NCBI RefSeq assembly: GCF_009914755.1
Contig: NC_060929.1
DNA from: the human T2T-CHM13v2.0 reference genome, Homo sapiens
Length of the DNA: 64,000 nt
Reading direction: 5' to 3' (one strand)
Under the pieces are notes generated by a model. It was not told where the DNA came from. It ran no database searches and saw only the letters and a program-made list of their open reading frames with translations. Below, one piece after another: positions 29,287-42,760 of this stretch. The translations under genes and the position numbers were made by a program. Position 1 is the stretch's first letter, and each line of letters begins with the position of its first letter.

Positions 29287-30580
29287 CTAGGTTGGTGCAA
29301 AAAAAAAAAATTGAGGTTTCAGACATGAATTTTAGATCACTATAAGTAGGTTCAAACACATCTTTGCTAATCAAAATAGGCACAACTACCATTAAGATTT
29401 TTGCCAATGAGAAATGATTTTGTTTATTCCTGTAGTGTAAAAATTAGTGCTTCAGGATTTGATGAACTCTTGGAAAATATTTTCTGCATCCTGCTGGTTG
29501 CGGAAGCATTTTCCCTGCAAAATGTTGTCAAGATCCTTCAAGAAGTGGTAGTTGATTGGCCAGAGGTCAGGTGATTATGGTGGATGAGGCAAAACTTCGT
29601 AGCTCAATTCGTTCAACTTTGGAAGCATTGGTTGTGCAATGTGCAGTTGGGTGCTGTTGTGGAGAAGAATTGGGCCCTTTCTGTTGACCAATGCTGGCTA
29701 CAGGTGTTGCAGTTTTCAGTGCATCTCATCGATTTGTTGAGCATGCTTTTCAGATGTAGTGGTGCCACTGGGATTCAGAAAGCTTAGGTGGATCAGACCG
29801 GCAGCAGACCACCAAATTGTGACCATGACCTTTTTTTGGTGCAAGTTTGGCTTTGGGAAGCACTTTGGAGCTCCTTGGTTCAACCACTGAGCTGGTCATT
29901 GCCAGTGGTCACATAAAATCCACTTTTTGTCACATGTCACAATTTGATTGAGAAATGGTTCATTGTTGCTCTGTAGAATAAGAGAAGATGACACTTCAAA
30001 ATGATGATTTTAAAAATTTTTGGTCAACTCATGAGGCACCCACTTATCGAGCTTTTTCACCTTTCCAATTTGCTTCAAATGCTGAGTGACCATAGAATGT
30101 TCGACGTCGAGTTTTTTGGCAACTTCTCGTGTAGTTGTAAGAGGGTCAGCTTCAATGATTCCTCTCAACTGGTCAATGTCAACTTTCTATGGCCAGCCAC
30201 TGTGCTCCTCACCTTCAAAGCTCTGGTCTCCTTTGCAAAAGTTCTCGAACCACCACTGCAATGTACGTTCATTAGCTCCTGGGCCAAATGTGTTGTTCAT
30301 GTTGCTAGTTGTCTCCGCTGTTTACAACCCATTTTGAACTTCAATCAGAAAATTGCTCAAATTTGCTTTTTATCTAACATAATTTCCATAATCTAAAATA
30401 AATATAAAATAAATAGCAAGTAATAAGTCATTAGCAAAAAAAAATAAAGTGAGAAATGCACATTAAAATGATATATAACACACATTTGATAAATAAACCA
30501 CATTTATTTTAGAATGTATTCTAATATCAAGCAGCAAATTTCAACAGTGCAAAACTGCAATTACTTTTGCACCAACGTAC
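29287..30580 (-). mobile_element. Full-length HSMAR1 mariner DNA transposon (inactive)
   Basis: ~1.29 kb between TIRs (ctaggttggtgcaaa..ttacttttgcaccaacgtac); near TA sites; transposase remnant inside. Confidence 0.96.
29367..30389 (-). pseudogene. Hsmar1 transposase pseudogene
   Basis: Minus strand reads MEIMLDKKQI* (CGA>TGA), KLDKWVPHEL, VTCDKKW, PHPP*SPDL, ends YFD*; multiple stops and frameshifts. Confidence 0.93.
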
Positions 30581-33500
30581 ATATGAGATCAACTTTTTCA
30601 GCTTCTGCATATGAGTAAGAACATGCAGTACTTATATTTCTGTTCCTGACTTATTTCACTTAACACAATGTCCTCCAGGCTTATCCATGTTGTCACAAAT
30701 GACAGGATTTAATTCTTTCTTATGGCTGAGTAATGTTCCCTTGTGTATATATACCACATTTAATTTGTCCATTCGTCCATTGATTGACACTTAGCCTGAT
30801 TTCTTATCTTGGTGATTATGACTAGTGCTACAATAAATATGCAAGTGCAGATATTTCTTTGATATATTATTTCCTTTGGGTATATACCCAGTAGTTAGAT
30901 TACTAAATCATATGGTAGTTCTATTTGTAGGTTTTTTTACTGATACATAATATCTGTACATATTATGGTACATGTGATATTTTGTTTTATGCATAAAATG
31001 TGTAATGATCAAGTTAGGGTATTTAGGGCATGCATTACCTTGGGTATTTATCAGTTCTATATGTTAGGAGCATTTCAAGTCCTCTCTTCTAGTTATTTTG
31101 AAATATACAGTACAGTATTATTAACTATAGCTACCATATTCTGCTCTCAAACATTAAAACTCATTTTTCTTCTATCTAACTGTATGCTTGTACCCATTAA
31201 ATAACCTCTCTTTATCTCCCCCACCCACCCACAAACACTTCCCAGCCTTTAGTATCTCTAATGCTCTCTCTACCTTCATGAGATCAACTTTTTTAGATCC
31301 CACAAATAAATGAGAACATGCAATGTTTTTCTGTTCTGCCTGGCTTGTTTCACTTAACATGATTTCTAGTTCAATCTATGTTGCTGCCACTGACATGATT
31401 TCATTCTTTTTTATGTCTAAATTGTATTTCATTGTGTGTATTTGACATTTCTCCACTGATGAACACTTAGGTTGATTCAATATCTTTGCTATTGTGAATA
31501 GTGCTGCAATAAACATGAGTATATCCTTTTGATATACTGATTTCCTCTCCTTTGAAAAATAATCAGTAGCTGGATTGCTTGATCATATGGCAGTTCAATT
31601 GTTTTTGCATCATGTCTATACTGTTTTTCATAATTGCTGTACTAATTTACACTCCCATTAACAGTGTGTAAGAGTTCTGTTTCCTCTGTATCCTTGTCAG
31701 CATCTGGTTTGGGTTTTATTTGTATTTTTATTAGTAGCTATTCTAATTGTGGTAAAATATCTCATTGTGGTTTTGATTTGCATTTACCTAATGATTAATT
31801 ATGTTGAGCATTTTTTATATATGTTTTGGCTATTTGTAAGTCTTCTTTTGAGATATGGCAATTTTTAATGTGATTATTTGTTTTCTTACTGTTCAGTTTG
31901 AATTCCTTATATATTCTAGATATTAGTCCCTTGTGAGTAATTTTTTATATCTTCTGTCTTTCAACAGCTTGTCTCTTCACTCTGTTGATTGTTTCCTTTG
32001 CTGTGCAGAATCTTTTAAATTTAAATAATTCAATTTGTCTATTTTTGCTTTTGTTGCCTGTGCTTTTAAGGTCTTACCCATAAAATCTTTGCCTAGGCCA
32101 ATGTCCTGAAGGGTTTCCCCTAGGTTTTCTTCTAGTAGTTTTATAGTTTCAGGTCTTATGTTTAAGTCTTTAGTCCATCTTGAGACGATTTTTATATGTG
32201 ATGAGAGATAGGGCTCCAGTTTCATTCTTCTGCATATGGATATCCAATTTTCTCAGCACCATTTATTGAAGAGGGTGTCCTTTCCCCAATGTATGCTCTT
32301 AGCATTTTTGTCAAAAATCAGTCAGCTGGAAATATGTGGATTTATTTCTGAGTTCTCTATTTTGTTCCATTGGCTTATGTGGTCTGTTTTGTACCTATAT
32401 CGTGCTGTTTTGGTCACTATAGCTTTGTAATATATTTTGAAATCTAGTAGTGTTATGTCTTTAATTTTTTTCTTTTTGCTCAGGATTACTTTGGCTATTT
32501 GGGCTCTTTTTTAATTTAAAAGGAATTTTAGGGTTGTTTTTCCTATTTCTGTGAGAAATAACTTTGGTATTTTGATAGGGATTGAAGTAAATGTTTAGAT
32601 TGCTTTGTATAGTATGGTCATTTTCAATTTGTTTCATCAGTGTTTTGTAGTTTTCCTTGTACAGGTTTTTCACCTCCATGGTTACATTTATTCCTACATA
32701 TTTTATTTTTTGTAGCTATTGTAAATGGGATTGCCTTCTTGACTTCTGCATCAGCTAGTTCATTGTTGATATATAGAAATGCTACTGACATTTGTATGTT
32801 TTGTATCCTGCAACTTTACTAAATTTATTTAACAGATCTAAGAGTTTTTGGTGGCATCTTTAGATTTTTTTAAATATAAGATCATGTGATCTTCAAAGAG
32901 GGAGAGTTTTACTTCCTCTTTTCTAATTTGGATTAGAAAATCCAAACTCTTACCTGATTGCTCCAGGTGGAACTTTCAGTACTGTGTTGAATAGGAGTGT
33001 TGAAAGTAAACATCCTTTTCTTGTTCCTGTTCTTAGAGTGAAGGCTTTCAGCTTTCCCTCATTCAGTATGATGTTAGTTGTGGGTTTGTCTCATATGGCC
33101 TTTAATATGTTGAGGTATGTTCCTTTTGTTGAGAGTTTTTATTATGAAGGAATATTGAATTTTATCAAATGCTTTTCTGTGTTCATTGAGATGATTTTTG
33201 TCCTTCATTCTGTTGATGTGATGCATCAACAGAATGCATATGTTGAAACATTCTTAAATTCACAGGATAAATCCCACTTGATCATAGTGATACAGAACAG
33301 CTGGGCTCCCAGCTAAACCCAACCCTTAAGCCTGGACCCTTAGCCCTAAGTGAAAACAGCTGACTTTGTTTTTCTGCCCAAATAATTGCCTTTTTTGGTC
33401 TGCCACACCCCTATCCAGTGCCTATAAAAAGACTTCAGCTGAAAGAACAACACAAGTGGCTTATGCAAGTGGTCAAGGATGCAAGCTGCTGAACATTGGC

Positions 33501-33832
33501 GATACGTGCGGCTGAGTGTTGTAGACTATGGATAGATATGGCTAACTTCAGATGGTGCAGCTTCAGGGAAAGATCACCTTCCTCCCATACCATTCCTTTT
33601 CCAATTCCCCATCCAACTGAGCCACTTTTATCGCCCAATAAAATATACTACTCTTCAAATAGTTCATGTGACCTGATTCTTCTTGGACACTGAAGAACTT
33701 GGTTGTCAAAAAGGGCAGGTGGAGGAGGCTGTCACCCTGACCCATCACTGGGCTGTTAGTTGTCCATGGACTGCAGGCTGAGTTCCTGCCCACAAAGGGG
33801 GTTGGGGGTCTAGGGAAACATCCTGTCTCATT

Positions 33833-33850
33833 TCGGGGCTCATCCAGGAT
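33833..33850 (+). promoter_or_regulatory. Primer-binding site, tRNA-Pro type
   Basis: tcggggctcatccaggat vs TGGGGGCTCGTCCGGGAT (15/18), 2 nt after the 5' LTR. Confidence 0.85.
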
Positions 33851-34096
33851 ATGAAAAGTGGTGAGTTAAAATGTGGAACTCTTGGATCTGTCTCTTTTCC
33901 AAGACCCTGTCACCATGCTCTTTCCTTTGGGTAAAAGGAATGCTGGCTCTGTTTCCCTTCATGGAGGTCTAGCTAGACTGAACTAGGGGAGGATACAATG
34001 ATTGAAGGAACCCATTTTCACAGAGCAAGAGTCTCTTCCCTCAGGCTCCCCAACTTATGCACTTTAAGTTGAGTTGTTTTTCTTCTTTTCTAAGTG

Positions 34097-34180
34097 AGAG
34101 AGTTCTCTATCTCAGCACTCTGCTTACGATAGGGAAAGAGAGTTCTCTTTCTACCTCAGCACTCTGCTTATGTTAGGGAA
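34097..34180 (+). repeat. ~40-bp tandem duplication in ERV leader
   Basis: agagagttctct..ctcagcactctgctta..tagggaa occurs twice. Confidence 0.8.
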
Positions 34181-34780
34181 ACAACAGAGGAGGAACCCCT
34201 GCTGACTGTTAACTGCAAGTTTGGCAAAGCCCGCATGGGATTTAATCTAAATGAATCTATGTACCTCGTGAAATAATTTTTATGTCTCAAACTTGATTCC
34301 AAGCTTCAGGTTGAGGCCCTAGAAAGGAAAACCAGATCTGAGGGATCCAAAGCCACAAAACAAGCACAGTGTAAACAGGCAGGACCAATTCCTGCTAATT
34401 AAACTCCTGCTTCATGGAAGGAGGCCATACTTTATGGCATAAGTGAGGTCCAGGAAACTCAGAAGTTGTTGACAGTAGGGGAGGTAGAGGCACTGGTGAG
34501 TGTGAATAATTCCTATTTTCTAGGCCTTTCCTGCTTAATGAGTGCATGTCACATTGGCACCCATGGGTGGCACATGCCAACACTGCCAGGACTCTGGGAT
34601 AAGGACACAAAAGGGGGAATGCCCATTTTCTTTCTCCCTCACACCCCAAGTTTTCACTGAAAGAAGGAAGGGAATGAAGGACATTGAATTCCCTGTCTTT
34701 CAGAATGGGCAACCAAGAAACTTTACCACCTCCAGTTTATACTTAGAAATGGACCCTGGGACCAGATGGTACTTTAGAGG

Positions 34781-34975
34781 ACCTCCTGAAAGTGGCCACC
34801 TCAGTCTTTTAGACGTGAGAAAGAGGAAGAAGCTTTAATGGCCACCATGCAAGCCCACAAACCCCAGAATTCTCTAGAAAGGAACCTCCTGAAAGTGGCC
34901 ACCTCAGTCTTTCAGACGTAAGAAAGAGGCAGAAGCTTTAATGGCCACAATGCAAGCCTACAAACCCCGGAATTC
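34781..34975 (+). repeat. Tandem duplication, 103-bp period, 2 copies
   Basis: 34781-34872 vs 34884-34975: 86/92 identical by manual alignment. Confidence 0.92.
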
Positions 34976-35407
34976 CTAAGGTTCACCTGTTAACTGCTTC
35001 AGATGTTGCAAGAACAGTTATCTTTCTCATAAATTTGAACCACTTCCATACAAGGTTTAATTTCTTTTACCAGGGTGAAACAGCTTAGGATAAAATGTTG
35101 TTAGTATATTTTACATCTTATTTCTGTAACCCTTGGCACTAGATTCTTTCCTTCTATAATACATATGTTTGATCCATGCATAGTTAACCTTGTAAAGTTT
35201 GTTTTTTCTCTCACCTAGATGTCATTAAGGCTCCAAATGGGCAGGAAGCCGGAGCCTCGGACAATGGCTCCCTTTTGCCAGTGATCCTTAGGTAGACGTC
35301 TGGGAGGAATCTGACTGCGGTTTTCCCCAAACAATGCCCCCTTTCAGCAGGAAGTAGCTAAGACTGGTCATCATCCATATTCTAAAGGCAGTTAGATATG
35401 CCTCTTC

Positions 35408-35419
35408 AGAGGGTGAAAA
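35408..35419 (+). promoter_or_regulatory. Polypurine tract
   Basis: agagggtgaaaa directly before the TG of the 3' LTR. Confidence 0.75.
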
Positions 35420-37980
35420 TGATACAGAATGGCTCTGGGCTCCCAGCTAAACCCGACCCTCAAGCCTGGAACCTCAGCCCTAAGTAAAAACAGCTGACCC
35501 TGAAGGGCTGGCCTTCCAACTAAGCTCCACCCTTAAGCTTGGAACCTTGGCCCTAAGTGAAAACAGCTGACTTTGCTTTTCCACCAAAATGATTGCCTTT
35601 TTGGCCTGCCACACCCCTATCCAGTGCCCATAAAAAGACTTCAGCTGAAAGAGCAACACAAGCAGCTGATGCAGGTAGTTGGGGGATGCAAGCTTCTGAA
35701 CATCAGGGATACCTGCAGCTGGTCATCAGAGACTATGGATAGACATGGCTAACTTCAGACAGTTCAGCTTCAGGGAGAGATTACCTTCTTCCTGCACTAT
35801 TCCCTTTGCAATTCCCCATCCAACTGAGAGCCAGTGTTATCACCCAATAAAATCCTCTGCATACACCAACCTTCAAATAGTTCATGTGACCTGATTCTAC
35901 CTGGACACCGAACAAGAACTCAGGTACAAAAAAGGGCAGGTGCAGGAGGCTGTCACCCTGACCCTTCCCTGAGTTGTTAACACTTAGCTGTCCACAGACT
36001 GCAGGCTTGGTGAAACGAGGCACTCCAGTTTCTGCCTACTAAGGGGGTCAAGGGAAATATTCCATCTCAATAGTATATTATCTTTTTCATGTGCTATTGG
36101 ATTTAATTTGCTAGTATTTTTTGAGGATTTTTGTGTTTATGTTCATCAGGGATACTGATGAACATAGTTTTCTTTCTTTGTTGTGTCTTTGCCTGGTTTT
36201 GGTATCAAGATAATGCTGACCTCCTAGAATGAGTTAGGAAGAAGACCCTTCTTTTCATTTTTTTGAATTAGTTTGAGGAGAATTGGTGTTAGTTCTTTTT
36301 TGTAAGTTTTGTAGAATTTGGCAGTGAAGCTATCTGGTCCTGGGCTTTTCTTTTGTGGGAGACTATTGCTTATTCAATCTCAGTAATTCTTATCAGTTTG
36401 TTAAGTGTTTCTATTTCTTCTTGGTCAATTGCAGTAGATTTATCCAGGAATTTGTTCATTTCTTCTAGGTTTTCCAATTTATTGGCATATGGTTGCTTTT
36501 AATAATCTATAATGATTATTTGTATTTCTGAGGTATCTGTTATGATGTTTCCTTTTTTGTTTCTGATTTTATTTATCTGGATATTCTCTCTTTTTTCTTA
36601 GTAAAGCTGATGAGTTGATTTTTGTTTATCTAAACACACTTTCATTTCATTTTTAAAAATATTTTGTTTCAATTTTATTTCTACCCTAATTTTTATTTCT
36701 TTTCTTCTACTAATTTTGGGTTTGTTCTGTTTTTGCTTTTCTTGTTCCTTGAAGTGAATCCATAGGTTCTTTACTTGAAATCCCTTTACTTTTTATTGTA
36801 AGGCTTTATTGCCATAAAGCTGGCTCTTAATACTGATTTTGCTGTATGCCATGGGTTTTGGTATGTTGTGTTTTTATTATTTGTTTCAAAGAATTTAAAA
36901 TTTTTTCTTTATTCATTGGTCGTTGAGGAGTATGTTGTTTAATTTTCATGTATTTGTGCAGTTATAAATGTTTCTCTTGTTACTAGTTTTATTCCATGGT
37001 GGTCGGAAAATATATTTGATATGATTTAGATTTTTAAAAATCATTTAAGACTTGTTTTCCGCCTTCACATATGGTCAATCCTGGTGAATGTTTCATCTGC
37101 CAGTGAGAAGAATGTGTATTCTGTAGCTGTTGTGTGAAATGAACTGGAAATGTCTCACATCTGTTTGGTTCATGGTGTAGTTATATTAAATGTTTTTGTT
37201 GATTTTCTCTATAGATGATCTCTCCAATGCTGAGAGTTGGATGTTGGACTCCTCAACTATTATTGGAGTCTAACTCTTCCTTTAGATGTAATAATATTTG
37301 CTTTCTATATCTGGGTGTTTCATTATTGGGTGCATATATACTTATAGTTGTTATATCTTCTTGCTGAATTTATCATTTCATAAATATATAATATTCTTCT
37401 TTGTCTCTTTTAAAGTTTTTTACTTAAAGTCTGTTTTTTCTGATATAAGTATACCAGCTCCTGTTTGCTTATGGTTTCGGTTCACATGGAATATCTTTTT
37501 CCTATCTCTTCTCTTTCAGTCAGTGTGTCTTTACAGGTGAAATAAGTTTCTTGTAGGCAGCATATAGTTGCATCTTATTTTTTCATCCATTTGGCCAATC
37601 TATATCGTTTAGTTGGGGAATGTAATTTGTTTACATTCAAGGTTATAATTGATAGGTGAGGTGTCTTACTCCTATCATTTTATTGTTTTTTTGGTTGTTT
37701 TGTATACCATTTGTTTCTCTCGTCCTGTCTTATTATATTTGTGATTTGGTGTTTTCCTTTATTTGTAGTGATAAAATTCCTTTCTCTTTCCCTTTTATTT
37801 ATCTGCTGTATCAGTGAATTTTATAATTTTGTATGTTTTCATTATGATATTTGTCTTCACTGTGATCCCAGGTGTAGGACTCCCTAAAGTATTTTTTGTA
37901 AAGTCAGTTTAGTAGTGATAAATTCCTAGTTGTTTCTTATCTGGGAAACACCCTATTTCTCCTTTATTTCTAAAGCATAG

Positions 37981-38342
<362 letters not shown>

Positions 38343-38829
38343 TTGTTTTAGCCCTTTGAATATATCATCCTATTTTCTCTTGGTCTGTAAGTTTTCTGCT
38401 GAGAAATCTTCTGGTGGTCTAATATGAATTTCTTCATATGTAGCTTGACACTCTTTTCTTGCTGTTTTTACAATTTTGTTTTTGCTTTTGACTTTTGACA
38501 GTTTGACTGTAACATGCCTTGGAGAGGACCTGCTTGGGTTAAATCTATTTGGGAATCTTTGCCTTTTCTAGATCTGGAGGTACCAACATTTAAGAGTTTT
38601 CCAGCTGTTATTTCATTAAGTAGGTTTTCTATGACTTTTCCCAACTTTTCTGCTTCTTGAATCCCCATAATGCAAATGTTCATTTGCTAAATAGTGTCCC
38701 ATAAGTCCTGTAGGCTTTCTTCATTTAAAAAAATTATTCTTCTTTTGTGTGTGTGTACCTGTGTTACTTCAAAAAGCTTATCTTCCAGTTCAAAAATTCT
38801 TTCTTCTGCTTGGTCTAATCTGTTTTTGA

Positions 38830-39128
<299 letters not shown>

Positions 39129-39620
39129 TCTTGATTGTATTTTTTATTTAATTCATTCAATTGTTCAGCTCTAATATTTTTATTTGGTTCATTTTTATGA
39201 TATCTATCTCTTTGTTGATTTTTTCATTCAGATTATTAATTGTTTTTCTGATATTATTGAATTCTGTAACTGTATTCTCTTTTATCTCACTGAGTTTCCT
39301 TAAAGCCACTATTTTGATTTTTGGTATTTTATATATGCTCTTTTGGGTCTATTATGGGAAAATTATTGTATTCCTTCAGGGGTGCCATGTTTACTTCCTT
39401 TTTCATGTTTATTTTGTCTCAATATTGATATCTGCACATGTGGTGAAAGTTGCCTTTTCCAGTTTTATAAGGTAGGTTTCTTAGGGAAAGACATTTCCAC
39501 ATTTGGGTCCTAAGATGTTGGTTGTATCAGGTTTGTGGCTTTGCTTTTAGATCAATGCAATAATGTGTTCTTCTTGCAGTTTCTTTACTTGTAATTCCTG
39601 TTAGAAATGTTTATGAATGC

Positions 39621-39977
39621 TGATATGGTTTTGCTGTGTCCCCACCCAATCTCATCTTGAATTGTAACTCCCACAATTCCCATGTGTCATGGGAGGGACC
39701 CAGTGGGTGGGAGGTGATTGAATTGTGGGGGCAGTCTTTCCTGCACTGTTCTGTTGATAGTCAATGAGTCTCATGAGATCTGATGGTTTTAAAAAGGGGA
39801 GTTTTCCTGCACAAACTCTTCTCTTGTCTGCTGCCATGTGAGACGTGCCTTTTACCCTCTGCCATTTTTGTGAGACCTCCCCAGCCATGTGGAACCAAGT
39901 CCAATAAACCTCTTTTCTTTGTAAATTGCCCAGTCTCTTGTATGTCTTTATCGGCAGTGTGAAAATGGCTTAATACA
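39621..39977 (+). mobile_element. THE1 (B/C) solo LTR
   Basis: tgatatggttttgctgtgtccccacccaatctc..ggcttaataca; perfect 5-bp TSD AATGC at 39616-39620 and 39978-39982. Confidence 0.94.
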
Positions 39978-41080
39978 AATGCCTTGGAGTTTCAGGCTGC
40001 AGAAGTCTGTGGCAGCAGTGGCGCAGGTTTACTAGGGGTGGGCTTACTGGGTGTTTTCTCCAGCTAGGGGAGCATACATGCACATGATACTTCAGCTGGC
40101 TTAGGGACTGGCTGATTGGGGCCACCAGGTTGTTATTTCAGCCTGGGGCATAGGCCACTGCTGCTTGACCAGATCAGGGGTGGGTCCCCCATGCTGTCTT
40201 TCTGGCTAGGAGCATGGGTGCATGGTGGTTCACCCAGCCTGACGTTGGTCTTCCTGCTTTGCAGGACTGCAGTCACAGTCATTCATGGGCCAAGGCTCTG
40301 CATGGCTGGTGTTGTAGCACTGCAGCCATTCATCTGGGCTTGGTGGAATAATGGCAGAGTCCAAGGGCTGAAGAGGCACAGTGACTGCTGGCTCCCAGAG
40401 CAGGGTGAACTCCAACAGTTTCTCTGATTTCAAAATAGTACTGTGCTATAGTTATACAATTCATAGCAGTGCATAAATTTAGGCAACTCCCCAAATAGGG
40501 CTCAGGGCTCATGAGCACTATGGGATTATCTTGTAGGAAGGACTGCAGGTGTCTGCAGTGGCACTGGGACTGGCAGGGGTTTTCTACTTATTTTTTTTCC
40601 CACAAGAGTATGTCCATCCTGACTCTGGGCTGATCTTATGGGGGGAGATGGGGCAGTATAGGCCAGGCCTCATTCCCATCTGTATGCTGTCAGCCTGGGC
40701 TTACCAGAACCACAGGAATCCAGGAATCCTGACACTTTCTTGCTGTATTCTACCACTCTCTTAACACTCAGTTGAATTTTAGTTGTTTATTTGTTGCCTA
40801 AGTCCTTTGTTGTGAGGGGGACAAGTGCTAGTTGCCTTTACTCAGACATCTTGCAGACATCTCAGTTACTTTTCTGATTTAAAAAAATTGTTTTCTCATT
40901 TTAAATGGTAAACCCTTTCTTGAAACCTTTGCATATAGTTTTAGGGAGCTTGTTGGAGGGCAGGTAAGGTTAGCTGGAATGTAGTAATTATACTGTTCCT
41001 GAAGCCATCTTGTGATTTCAACTGAGTAATATGTGCTTAGCCAACTTCAGTAGCTTTTTAGAAAGATGAGTGACTGAATA

Positions 41081-41547
41081 TTATGGCAATGAAGGTGTGC
41101 CACTTAGATCTCCCTTAAAGCAGACGTGGTGTGCGGACTGTAATTGGCTAAGAGGCACCAGCTGTTGTACCTTCAGATCCATTGTGTCATTCACACTGAA
41201 ACAGTGTTCTCACTGGGGTGTTTCAGGCAATGACTGAGTATAGCAGGGAACTAGAGCCAGGCCACTTACGCCGAACGCAGGACTTCTCTTATGGGCTCTC
41301 TTTGTATAGGGACTCCACATTTTCCTCTCCAAGGCTTTGTTAGAATTACGCTGTAGTCAGATGCTCTTTTTACCCAATATTCCTTCCCTCCATCTCTCCT
41401 TTCACGGGTGTTGGAACTCCATTACAACCTAAAGGTTCTCCCTTCCCAGTCTTTTTCCCCCTTATCTTTTATAGATGTTTCCTCCAATCTCTTGCATGAC
41501 CAATTTCATCTTGTTTTCTGGTTCTCAGAGGGCCTGAACTGATACAA
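41081..41547 (+). mobile_element. LTR16-family (ERVL) solo LTR
   Basis: caatgactgagtatagcagggaactagagccaggccac..aacgcaggacttctct; ends ctcagagggcctgaactgataca. Confidence 0.7.
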
Positions 41548-42353
41548 TATATTAACAAGGTTTAAATCCCTGTGAACAACCAGATGGTAGAGGAGATTTA
41601 GACCAATGTCAATCAGAGTTTGGAAGACAGAGATAGATAAATGAGTGGTAATTAACTTACATTGAAGAAAGCTATAACCTCTCTGCCTTGAAGTTTCAGG
41701 TGGGAAGCATGTGATTCAAGCTGAATAACTCTGGAAAATCTATGGAATTTGAAGTACAATGTCTCTCTCTCAAGCTGATGATTCAGAATGGGACTAAAAT
41801 CAGGGATTGATGGAAAGTCTGAAAGAGGAATAACAATAATAGTGCTTAATATCCTTTACTCATCCCAACTGGTAAAGAAAGAGGTTTAACTTCTGGAGAA
41901 GTTAAAGCAGAGAGCTTTCTACCCCTAGGAGGTCAGGCACAGCTAAGACAAAACAGGATGGCTGCATAGTTGAGGTCTTGAGACTTTCTGCCACTCTCTG
42001 ACCATTAGGTTCTCAGAATGCTGGCACCAGGCTTATATAATCCAGGCAGGACACTAGAGGAGAACTTGTTCATGAATACTATAAAGTGGTGCTGATGTCA
42101 AGAGCTCTCCCAAGGAAATTCAAGGTCCTTGCTTGTTCAACCTATAATGCCCTAGTGTTGCAACAAGTTTCTTATCTGCATTTTAATGCCTATCTCTTAA
42201 GAATGACTGAATAACCAAAGTTAACCTGACATAGAATCATAAGAATGTAAGAGAAACCATAAAAAATGTAAGAGAAAACAGACACGTCAGAGATCAAAAC
42301 AGAACTTAAATAAAAGCAATCATAACTAAATTCTTAGATAAGAGAAGGAATTA

Positions 42354-42760
<407 letters not shown>

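Larger units (their letters stand above)
28955..30930 (-). mobile_element. L1MA 3' fragment, host of HSMAR1
   Basis: ctattctactctctacttcta|..|tgagatcaactttt rejoins across the mariner to give the L1MA 3'UTR antisense. Confidence 0.8.
33288..36069 (+). mobile_element. Complete non-autonomous ERV1 provirus (tentatively LTR27/LTR28 - HUERS-P3 group)
   Basis: Two homologous LTRs (33288-33830, 35420-36069), both TG..CA; 4-bp TSD ATAG at 33284-33287 and 36070-36073; PBS and PPT present; only 1.59 kb internal; family name tentative. Confidence 0.9.

Noticed and set aside
29584-30396. Plus-strand ORFs of 67, 83 and 131 aa
   Set aside because: Antisense shadows of the HSMAR1 transposase pseudogene.
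34781-34975. Direct repeats as a CRISPR-like array
   Set aside because: Two-copy tandem duplication in a mammalian ERV; no spacers, no cas genes.
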